Made by a program: the position numbers and the translations under genes
Shown: piece after piece, positions 13,775 to 25,100 of the stretch
How the letters are laid out: every line of letters starts with the position of its first letter
Position numbering within the stretch: position 1 is the first letter of the stretch
The notes under the pieces: model-generated
Database searches by the model: none
Seen by the model: the letters and a program-made list of their open reading frames with translations, nothing else
Told to the model about the DNA's origin: nothing
Source of the DNA: Azolla caroliniana
Taxonomy: Eukaryota; Plantae; Polypodiophyta
Assembly: GCA_043228905.1 (NCBI GenBank)
Contig: JBHGNT010000014.1
Span: 3,348,001-3,412,000 of the forward strand
DNA: 64,000 bases
Reading direction: 5' to 3'

Positions 13775-14600
13775 TGTCGTAGTGTAATTTGCACACTACG
13801 TGAAAATTGCATTTTTGTTCCTCCGGATGGGACAAGGAGGACCCAGTAAGGAGAACCGGTGAGAATTGACAAGGAGGACCTGGTAAGGAGACCCGGTAAG
13901 AACCGGATCAAGCAAAACCAGCAAGAACCAGATAAAGAAGGCTGGTGAGAGTCTCTCACCGGATGAAGAGACAAATTTATAAATAGAAGAAAAGATTGTT
14001 ACATGCATATGGCGAGATTCAAACCCTGTACCTCCACGTAAACAAACCCCAACCTTACCATTGTACTAACTTAATACATATAAGACCTTTATTTACGCCT
14101 ACCTTTATTAAAAGGTAAGTCATGCATTTTTAGAATGCGTGAATACTTTATTTATAAGAAAAATGTACACCAATAAAAAATTACTCGTGCACATCTAGCG
14201 AGCATGAGCACTATATTTAGGAAATAAAAACATAGTGTAAGAAGCAACACATGCACATTTAGTGCGCATGAACACTTTAGGAAAAGCATGAAGTTATGCT
14301 TAGCCTTTTCCATCCTTATATAAGGAGGAGAGAAAGATGTATGGTGTTGTTGATTATTTTACAAGGATTGATCAATCTAATATATTCGTGGGATTCACGA
14401 GTTTATCATCAAAATTCTCTTTCTTACAATCTAAATATTGATTAAATACACTAAAAACATGGGATTCACAAGTTTTATTTCTTACTTCTCTTTCTACCTA
14501 TTCATAACTAGCCTTATATTGTATTCTTCTTTCTCCTAGTCCAAAACCTTAGTGGTTCCCACCCGACTCACTGAACGATCTGGAGCCGAAAGGCATGACA
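13775..14600 (+). mobile_element. Solo LTR (826 bp) nested in the copia RNase H region
   Basis: Termini TGTCGT...ATGACA flanked by a 4-bp duplication ACGT. Removing it restores the RNase H reading (DSSR-P/S-TSGYVMTYGGGAV). TATA-like TATATAAGG at about 14317; orientation is inferred from that motif. Confidence 0.8.
14007..14068 (-). promoter_or_regulatory. tRNA-like Pol III A/B box module inside the solo LTR
   Basis: Minus strand: A-box TAGTACAATGG (14068-14058) and B-box GGTTTGAATCT (14025-14015), starts 43 nt apart. Confidence 0.55.
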
Positions 14601-17600
14601 ACGTGGGTCGGCTTGAGTCTCCACCCCCTGACATGTCTGAGTTGGTAAACCCTTCGAGCATGGGTTTTCTGACACCATACTTAAGACACACCCCCGAGGT
14701 GCATTTTAAGTACCTAAGTATCCATTTCATCGTTGCCCTGTGTTCTCGTCCTGGATTACTCATGTATCGGCTTACTATTCCCACAGCAAAAGCTATGTTT
14801 GGTCTCGTGCAGACCATAGCATACATTAGACTGCCGACGACTGAGGCATATGTTACTTTCCTCATCTCAGCCTTTTCTTTCTCCCCTCTCGAGCATTGCT
14901 TTGCATTTAACTTGCAGTTAGTCGGTAACACAGAGCCGACCGACTTTGCTTTCGACATGTTGAATATTTCTAGGATCTTAGTCACCTATTTCTCTTGTGA
15001 CAACCACAACACTTTCTTAGTTCTATCTCGAACTATATGCATCCCTAAGATTTGTTTAGTCGGTCCAAGATCTTTCATTGCAAACGATTTTCCTAGAGCT
15101 TTCTTCAAGTTTCCGATCTTCCTTGTATCTTGACCGACTGTCAACATGTCATCTACATATAACAAGAGAATCAAGAAGTCAACTTCGTCGTACCTTTTGA
15201 CGAACAAAAAGTGATCAACCTGTGTTTTCTGGAACCTATGTTCCACCATAAAGGACTTGAACTTCTTGTACCATTGGCGTGGAGCTTGTTTCAACCCAAA
15301 CAAGTTTTTCTTCAGTCGACACACCAAGTTCTCTTTCCCTTTCTCCTCAAAACCTTCAGGCTGCTGCATGTAAATCTCTTCATCTAGCTCCCCGTGCAAG
15401 AATGTTTTCTAGACATCCAACTATTCGATCTCCATATCCATACTAGCAAATATGCTCAGAACAATTCTAATGGATGTCATCTTCATGATTGGAGCGAATA
15501 TTTCGTCAAAGTTGACACCCTTTTTCTGTCGAAACCCCTTCACCACAATGCGGGCTTTATACCTTGGCACATTGTCGACTTCTCCGATCTTCACCTTGTA
15601 GACCCATTTGTTCCTAAGTGATCTCTTACCTTTCGGTAGCTCTACTAGGTCGTCGGTATAATTCTTGTGCAAAGAATCCATCTCATCTTGCATCGCGCTC
15701 AACCATTTCTCTTTGTGCTTGTTAGCAATGGCTTCATCATAGCACTCTAGCTCACCTTCAGTAGTCAAGAGGATGTATTCACTAGCATATGTTGTCAATG
15801 CTCTCCTTTCTCTGAGTGGGTATCTCCTTCCACTCATTATCGGCTTCAGTTCAGATGTCTCTGCCGACTCTACTCTTGGCTCAAGTTCATGTATGTCGAT
15901 TTGCTTCTAAAGGTTGGATGACTCCAATTCGTATTCCTTGATCGATCGTAACATCTCTACCGACTCAAACTCATAGTCAGTCGGTCTCTCCGAGTCAACC
16001 AACTCGGATTCGACTATGCCGACTGGCTGTCTCGGAACAACTGACTGCGTCGATTCAATTGGCCTTAAGTCGATAGTAGTGGAGGTTGACTGATTAGTCA
16101 ATTCCGACTTTTGTTGCTTCCAGTTCTCTATGGTCTTGTCTTCCAAGAAGACTGCGTCCCAACTCCTCACTACCTTCTTGTCGACTAGGTCCCATAACCT
16201 ATAGCCAAACTCATCTTCTGAGTATCCCATGGATATGCATGGTTTCAACTTACTGTCGAGCTTTGACCTCTGATCCTTAGCTACATGCATGTACCCTAGG
16301 CATCCGAACACCCTCAGGTGTCAGTAGGAGACATCCTTTCCTGTCCACACTCTTTGTGGGACATCACCTTTCAATGGTATTGAGAGGGACCTGTTGATCA
16401 AATAAACAGTCGTGTACATTGCCTCATCCTATCATGAATACATAAACATCATCACTTTATCTTCTCTCTTGGTTGTGACACATCCCAGTATATTTTCGGC
16501 AGTTTAGCATGCGACAACATGCTCCTTACTCTCTCCATGATTGTCTAGTTCATCCTCTCTACAAGCCCATTCAACTCAGGGGTTTTCGATACTATGTATT
16601 CGATTTGAATACCTTGGGCCTTGTAGTATTCCTTGAACTGCCCTTTATATTCGTCACCATTGTCATTTCGGATAGCCTTCAACTTCCAACTTGAATCTCG
16701 TTCAACTCTTGCCTAGAACTCCTTGAAAAATGAAAGCCCACAACTTCCGACTGTAGTCGTCGATGAAAGTCACAAAGTATTGTCCGCCCCAATGCGACGG
16801 AGAATCTACATAACACACATCTGTGTGTACCAGTTCCAGTGCAGCTTCTCTTCTTCTTGGTGGCCATGTGTGGAATGGTGCTCTGTTATGCTTTCTAACT
16901 AAGCAGTCGACGCTCTCCAGGTGCACTCCATTTACTTCTGGTAGAAGTTTCTGGTCGGCCAATAGAGCAGTCCCTTCTCACTCATGTGGCCTAGCCTTTT
17001 ATGCCATATCTATCCTGCCGATTCAGCTGTCACATTCACTTCCGACTTGCTCAGTCAGGCTTGCATCATATACAATGTGCCTTCCTTCTGTGCTCGGACC
17101 ACTATAAGATTTCTTTGGCATAACTTCCACTTGTCATTCCGAAAACTACCATTGTAGCCTTTGTCATCCAATCTTCCAGTCAATATCATATTCAATATGA
17201 TATCGGGGACGTGTCGAACATCTTTCAGAGTCAGTTGACACCCTATCGTCGTCGTTAGGCAGACACTTCTGATTCTTACTACCTTGCACTCCCCATAGTC
17301 ACCCATCTTTACATAACCATGATCACCGGCTATGTAGGTCGAGAAATACTCTCTCAACGGAGTTATGTGGAAGGATGCACCGGAGTCGATCACCCAAGTG
17401 CATTCTTCGCTTGCAAGATTGGCATTTTTCTGTTAAAAAATGAACAAAAGTTCTTCATTGCTCGTAGCAATGCTGAAGTGTACTTTTCTTCAGGAATCTT
17501 CCTGGGTTCGACATTATTACCGACACTCTTTTCCCTTTTAAGGTGTCAACATTCCTTCTGAAAATGTTTAGGCTTTCTACAATAAAAGCACACGAGCTTT

Positions 17601-18316
17601 CCTCTGGACTTCGACCTGGCTTGAGACTTTCTCTCCTTGGTGAACTCCTTTGCTGATTCCTTCCTCAGTCGATGTGTTGAGTCAAATTTGACTCCGACTG
17701 GACTAGGACACCCTTGTCCTTCCTTCTCGCTTCCTCATTCAGGATGCTTGTCTTCACCGCTTGTAAAGACAAGTTCTCTTCTTGAAAAGAGGTACTACGA
17801 GTAACCACCAGGTTCTCCTAGTTATCCAGTAGTGTGCACATCAACAGGATGACCTGCATAGTGTCATCAAGGGGAAACTTGGTTGCAACAAGTTGATTTA
17901 CATACCCCATGAATGTGTTGATGTGTTCGACTATGCTCTCACTATCTCTGTATTTCAGCCATACGATCTTTCTCATCAATGAGGTTTTATTGAGGGCATT
18001 CTTCCTCTCATATAGACCTGACAACTTCTGCCACATCTCGTGGGCATTTGTGTCATTCGCCACATGCTGAAAGACATTTACATCGACGCACTATCAGATG
18101 GTGGCCACTGCCTTTTTGTTAAAAAGTTTTCATTCCAACTCTAATACCCCTGTGGGTATTTCTGCTCTGTCGATCGGTTCATATAGGTCTTTGACTATGA
18201 GAAGGTTCTCCGTCTTTATCTTCCAGTCTGCATAGTTCTGAGAGTTTAGAACCATCATTCCTGGGAAGCCACTCACACCTCCGTCCATGCTTGCACCTCA
18301 AGCTCTGGTACAACTT

Positions 18317-18914
18317 TGTTAAGAAAGTAATTGTCAATCCACTAGAACAAGGAATATGCTAATACACAACTCTCTAATGCACAGAAAACAGTGTACGCTG
18401 ATTTAACGTGGAAACCCTAAAGCGGGTGAAAACCACGGAGAACAGAGCTTCACTATACAGTGGATATGCAACAACAAGATCACAGTACAAGACTCTCTAC
18501 ATAGAGTGTAAACAGCCTCGAAGGACTCTTGGCGTATGCTGTTACTAAACACAGCTACGGCGCCGCTCACTCACTCACGCTCCCTCTCCCTCTTTTCTCT
18601 TCTCTCACACGCAACACACAGAGGCTCACTCACACACACACACACCTATATATGTTTGGTTTGCCCTAGGTGTATTTATACTAATACACAGAATGGGCTA
18701 TTTACAATCATGGCCATTGTTATTATCCAATAATAATAGTAGTAGTCTTACTAATCAGCCGACTCATTCGTTGACTATCGGGTCGGTCTGACTAGTCAGC
18801 CTGACTAGCTGGTCGTGTCTTCAACCTTGATCAACTCTCTCTGAGTCGACTCCTCAACCGTCGGCTCTCATCCGATCAATCGGCTCCTCCCACTGGAGGG
18901 ACATATTCCTAACA
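18317..18914 (-). repeat. 5' LTR of copia 12761-18914
   Basis: TG...CA termini; adjacent to the degenerate PBS. Confidence 0.92.
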
Positions 18915-20279
18915 GAACACATACATAGATCTATGGATGGACGCACGTATAGATTGAAGTTGGGTAGAGTGGGACTTTTAGCCAAACAATGCTATTAATT
19001 GATAGATGGACGCACGCACAGACTGATGGATGGACTGACAAAGAGTAGGCTTGGTTTAGATGACATGATGAGACAAATGTTTGGACGATGAGTGGATTAG
19101 ATGGGTTAGGAAGAGGATCTGTATGAGGTGGAGCCTAGAGGATGAGGATGAGGGTGTAGATGTGCACCCGAACAATGTAGTGAGTGGATGAACTGACGAG
19201 AGGTTGAGCATATGAGTAGATGGATAGTACTCTTAAATTAGATGAGAGGGCGGGACAAACATTGGATGATCAATGGATTAGAGGGTGAGGAAGAGGATAC
19301 AGATGACTACACGAATGAGGATGAGAGGGGAACTAGGTGTACATCGAATGATGGAATGAGGTGATGACTGGTGAAGACATGAGGCAATGATCAGATCAAG
19401 GAGATAAGCAAATGGTTCTTCTGGCCATTTCAAATGTAATCATGACTGAAAGATCGTCCATGGAGGAACTATCCTTCTTGCTTGTGGACTTTTTGGTGTA
19501 GCCATGGACTCGATAGGTTTTGTTGCCTTTTTGCAATTAGATTGCATCTTTCCAAATCCCATGAATGATCGACTAATTTGAAGGAAGAGTCGCCCTAACA
19601 AATAATCAGAAGAAGTTAGATAGAAGCCTATAAAAGGGACAAGAGAGTTCATTGGGGGAGGAGGGGAATTTTGGGTACAACGCGAAAGCACTGCTGAAAC
19701 ATTACTCGAGCTCAGGGTTGCAAATCAAGAGGGTATTTCTGATTGACAATGACAAATGCTGACGAAGTACAAAGTCGTTGCCCATGGGTCTGTTGAACCA
19801 AAACTCAAGGATCACCTCTCAAAGCCTCTTTCTATTCATATATAATCATCTATTTTTTCTACTTGTTGCCAAATAAGCAACTCCATGTACTAGAGTCAAG
19901 GTTTCATCTCATTGTATCTAATTCAAGTTGTGAACTTTAGATGGAGTACATTATTTTAGTATACATAAAAAATTATTTTTGGAAATCCAACTATTTGATG
20001 TTAATCCTCATTAAACAAGGATCACAACAAAAAATTTGGTTTGAAAATCTAAGAACAGGGAGCTAAAATACACGAATTCGGAGCAAATTCAACAAAAAAA
20101 TAATTATGGGAAACCACAACGGGATTGCAACACAAACATGAAGAGGTTGACATGAGGATTGCAATGAAATTTCTAGAATGCAAATCCGACTTCTAGGTAA
20201 AAAGTTACAAACAATCGTAGAATTAAACCCTTCACTTTACCCCATATTAAAATTAGTAAGCAAAGACTTTTGCAAACAT

Positions 20280-20638
20280 ACACACACACATGTACCTCAA
20301 AAAACAAACATTCACACTTAACACAATAAACATACAAACACACTTACACTTACATATGTATACACATCCTCATATACATACTAGTACACATATTTATACC
20401 TATATACAAGTACACATATACATCATAAATATAATAATACACATTTATATACTTATATACAAGTGCGCACATGCACACACACATTATATTCTCATATACT
20501 AATACACATTTTTATACCTATTCACATGTATACATCATAACTACACACATGTATACCCACTTACAGCTATTCATACATATTATAAATATACACACATATA
20601 TACAACACATTCATACATTTACATTGGTACCTACATAT
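20280..20638. repeat. CA/TA-rich low-complexity tract
   Basis: Degenerate ACAC/ATAC/ATAT repeats; the overlapping ORFs are H/T/Y/I-rich artefacts. Confidence 0.75.
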
Positions 20639-21643
20639 TGTTGGGCTAAAAGTCGGGCACTCTACCCAAATATGTACTCTTAATGTGAGCATGTCCTCAC
20701 AGTTAGGTCTTAGTTACCCTAACTATAAAAAGTGAGAGATTGAGCCTTGTAAAGCAATTCGGCGGGATTTGGAATACGATTGTCTCTTGAACTCTAACCA
20801 TGTAATTATCATCTTCTTTCTCTTTCTCTGCATACTCTTAATCACAGATTGAACAATGCACCAACATATTCTCACTTGTCATCTGTTTGCTTGATCCATA
20901 CACAAAGGATCCTATTTGCTATTCTGCAACTAGTCAGTTGATCATCTCACACTAACCGACTAAAGTACACCCATAGTGCTCACAAAGTGATAGTAGAGCA
21001 ATCTTGGAATCCAACAACAGCAACCATACAAGGAGAAGATCAAATTGGATGAAGAAAAGGACCAAGTCAAGATCTCACTTCCACAAAATGATGGCCTTGA
21101 CATTCGACACCAACAACAAGATCAGAAAATTTGACGGCAAGAACTTTGCCCTTTGGAAGGAGGTGATGCAGGATGTACTGATCATTCGGCATCAAGTTGA
21201 GGCGATACGACACAATGCCAATGCGACCTCAATGATATCAGAAGAATGACGCACTTGGCTAAAAACTTCTATTTTAGCATGGCCAAAGAGACGTCGGCAT
21301 ACACCATGTGGGAGAAGCTCCAGGCCATGTACGAGAAGAAATCGTCTTCGTTGAAACTCATTTTGATCTGATAAGTGTTCAAAATGAAGATGAAGGAGTC
21401 GGAACTGACAACCTATCACATCAACACCTTTAGCTGGGTGTTAGCCGAACTCTCCTCTCAAGGGCTAAACTTCGAAGAAGAAATCAAAGCCCTTGCATTT
21501 CTCTCGAGCCTGTGAGCGAGTTGGGAAGTATTCTACACACAATTCATGAATAACTCCCTGAAGTTGACGTTAGATGAGGCTATCAGAACGATACTATTGG
21601 AAGACATCCGACGAAGGTCAATGGGGCTCTCCATTGACGATAG
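20639..21643 (+). mobile_element. 5' part of a copia element (LTR about 20639-20984, degenerate PBS, gag), interrupted by the gypsy at 21644
   Basis: TG..CA block with TATAAAA at about 20724. PBS-like TGATAGTAGAGC at about 20988. Gag IRKFDGKNFALWKEVMQD is homologous to the gag at 37383-37958 and resumes briefly after 31013. Confidence 0.75.
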
Positions 21644-22099
21644 TGTTACCCGGACTCGGACAGTCAGTTTTACCGAACAAATGGGAAAGCGTCGAAAACG
21701 GAGTCGGTTCGGATCGACTGTTCGGATCAATGACTCAGCAGTGAACAAAGAGAACTAAGTTAGTTAGATAATTTTGTAATTCTTGATAGTAAGTAGGAAT
21801 AGTTCTTGATGAGAAAAGACCTTCGGTATACCTATAAAAGGGAACCGAAGGCATTGTAAGAAAGGTCGTTTATTTAGTAATATAAGTTAAAGTTAGGAAT
21901 ATCATGTACGGATTCTGTGTTCTTTCTATTGTCTATGTTGTTAAGTGCAAGCTTCCTAATTTATAACTAAGTAACGATCACAGTAATTACCGATTAATAT
22001 AGTATAATTCCGTTCGTAAAACACAATTCCTTGTTAGAACGTTGAGTAGCAACGTTCACTCTTCTGTATCGGTAGTAGTTAGTAATTAGCCGATTAACA
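21644..22099 (+). repeat. 5' LTR of gypsy 21644-31008
   Basis: TGTTA...TAACA termini; TATAAAAG at about 21833. Confidence 0.95.
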
Positions 22100-22110
22100 C
22101 AGAAGAAATT

Positions 22111-22123
22111 TGGCACGCCCGGT
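22111..22123 (+). promoter_or_regulatory. Primer binding site (probably tRNA-Arg)
   Basis: TGGCACGCCCGGT, the Arg-type PBS known from Tat/Ogre-related gypsies. It lies 11 nt downstream of the LTR end. Confidence 0.75.
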
Positions 22124-22158
22124 TACATCTGCAATTAAGCAGAGAACAAATCGAATGG

Positions 22159-25100
22159 ATGTCGTATGAAGAGGAGACACCGGTCAGTTGTAAGCGCCCT
22201 CGTACAAGGTCAGTTACGAAGGTAGTGCAGCAAGCGTTCATTGCGCAAGAACAGCCGGAATCAAGCACAAAGTGGTCGAAACTTCCTGACTTATCCGATC
22301 AATTACCTTCAGACGAAAAACAGACGGAAGAGGTATCGTTTTACGACATTTGGGACGATATGCCTTATACTTATTCTAAGTTCCGGGAAGGAACAGATGC
22401 GGAAGCACATGTTAGGGATTTCTTAACGACATGGGAGATTAACCATGGAGCTCAGCGATTGTCGGCAGATGCCGAAGATAAGTCAAAAATCGCTGAGTTC
22501 GTCTTATCATTAGAAGGATATTCCGCCAATTGGTTTGCGCAGAACGGTCTTCAAGGATTTCCATCCTTTGAAGTGTTAACTAGTAAATTTTTACAATTAT
22601 TTCATCAACAAATTCCGCAGAAGGATTTGATTGCGCAATTTTATGCGTTATATCAAGAAAAAAATGAAACAGTATCTCAGTTTGTGATACGATTTCAGAA
22701 CTTACAGCTTCAGATTTCAAGGCCGATTCCGGATAAGGAATTAAAAGAAGTCTTTCTAGAAGCTGTAAAAGAACCATTAAGGACGACATTGAAAGTGTTC
22801 GATTTTCGAAATCAGACTATCGAATAAGTAATTGATAAAGCAATAGAAATGGGTCGACCACCGGTCAATGTTCAGAGTATGGACATGTCGGCATTACACC
22901 GTACATTACCAACAATAGAGGAGTTACAATTTCGACAAGCAGTTCAATGCACCACTTGTTTAAATACGGGGCATTCGGCAATTGAATGTACGTTAAGAAC
23001 ACATTGTACAATATGTCATTCAAAATTACATTCAGTAGAACAATGTGAATATAATCTGCTTAATAAAACTACGACGTCAGTACGACAAATTTTTACTGAC
23101 AATGGTTACCAAAATAACACTAATCTGTTCAATGGTTATCAAAATAATAATTTTTCACAAAATCAGCAAAATGTACAACAAAATCCGGTTCTACAGCCAA
23201 ATCAGATCTTTTCACAACAAAATATGCAACCCACTCAAGTGACTCAAGCATTTCAACCAGGTTTTGCTCAATCCAACCCACCATTCGTACAGAATCCGAA
23301 TCAATATTTTCAACAAAATAATCAAAGTTTCCAACAAGGTAACCCACCATTTCAAGGGTTTCAACAGAACGGTCCGAATGTGCAACCGAATTCTACATAT
23401 CAACCAAATCCGGCATTTCAACCGGGTAATATGACCTTTCAACATAATACTCAAACCGTTCCACAAAATAATCAAATGTTTCAACAGAATAATTTTCCGC
23501 CAAATCAGGAGTTCGAGATAACACAAAATGTAGCACAACCAAATGATAATACCGAACAATTTAGGCAGAATCGGTATAAAAATAAGAGATTTTACAAACC
23601 AAAAGCTACGCGTCAATACCAACAAAACCCGAGTGGTAATGAAGAGCAGCAATTTAATAACGGCCAATTTGCACATGGAGAGACCGGTGGAACATTTGTA
23701 CCCACTTGTTATATTTGTCGACAACTAGGCCATTATGCTAATCAATGTCCGGTTAAAGGAAAGGGTTCAGCAGTTAATATGGTAATACCGGAAGTTCAGC
23801 AAGTAACGACACGCAGCAAAAGCAAACAATCAGAGTGGGAAATTCAGGAAGAAGTTCGGAAGGCGGCAAAAGAATGGGTTGACGAAGCAAATCAAAGTAA
23901 TGTGAATCGAATGTTACAAGACAATAACATTGACCAGAACATCGTTGTACAACAGTCATTGGGGAATAAGGAACAGGAAGAAACTTGGAAACTGTTGGCT
24001 GATTGCCAAGTGTCATTGCCACTTACGGGCTTACTTAAGTTAGTACCAAGGTTTACAGAAAAAGTGGCAGAATTAATTGCATATAAAGGTTCCGAACAAA
24101 TAGCAGTACACTACAATAAGCCAAGTAATAACCCTTCGATCATGGATGAACAGAATCCGTCGATTAAGGTAATACTTTACGGGCAAGAAGTCGGAAATGT
24201 GATTATAGATGGAGGCTCGAGAGTTAATGTGATTAACAAAGCTACATGTGAAAAACTAGGAATCACGGAATGGGAAGCATGTCCGTTTTGGTTACGAATG
24301 GCAGATACAAGTACGGTACGACCGATTGGTTTGCTTCGACAACTGGATGTAATAATCGGGGGACACAGTTTTCAGATTTCGGCAGTAATTTTGCAGTTAG
24401 AAACACAGGGAGCATACCCCTTGTTATTGGGGAGACCATGGTTAAAGACAGCTAATATCAAACAAAATTGGAAACAAAATGTGCTAACATTTAGGAAAGG
24501 AAAAACTAAGGTCAGGATTCCGACGCACAACAAAGTGACAACAAGCAAACAGAGTTTACCCGTACATGCAGAAGCAGTTAATATGATGGAAGGATTGGAC
24601 GAGGAAGAAGAAAGTCAGTATTTCAATGATAATAAAAAAATCATCCCTCTATTTGAGGTAGATATTTTGCAAGCATTAACACCATATGTAGACTCACACG
24701 AAGAAGTGCCAATAGATGAACAAACAATGAAAGAAATACGAATGCAACAAGAAGCTACAGATAAGGAAATGAAGGTATCGCAGAGAGTGCAAGCCTCAGC
24801 ATTGGAGGAGATCGATTTGGCAGGAGTAGAGGATGGTGAAAGAAAAACAGTCTTGATTGCTAGAGATTTGGCAGAAAATGACAAACGGACATTAACAACA
24901 TTACTATTACAATATAAAGATGTTTTTGCATGGTCGTTTGACGATATGAAAGGTCTGGATCCCGCTTTTTGTCAACATCAAATCAATTTGCATAAAGATG
25001 CAAAGCCAGTACAACAACGCAGGTACAGGTTGAATCCGAATTATGCTATCAAAGTTAAAGAAGAAATCGATAAACTCTTAAAAGTAGGATTTATTCGACC

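Larger units (their letters stand above)
12761..18914 (-). mobile_element. Ty1/copia LTR retrotransposon related to 5315-10026, degenerate
   Basis: LTRs 12761-13345 and 18317-18914. Near-perfect TSD GAACG/GAACA. Degenerate iMet PBS at about 18302-18313. PPT from 13346. Gag, PR (IDSGASFH), INT, RT (LYVDD) and RNase H fragments. Confidence 0.95.

Noticed and set aside
19440-19691. Possible upstream exon or small gene
   Set aside because: No recognisable motif or consistent splice structure linking it to neighbouring genes.
20290-20683. H/T/Y/I-rich ORFs
   Set aside because: Translations of CA/TA low-complexity DNA.
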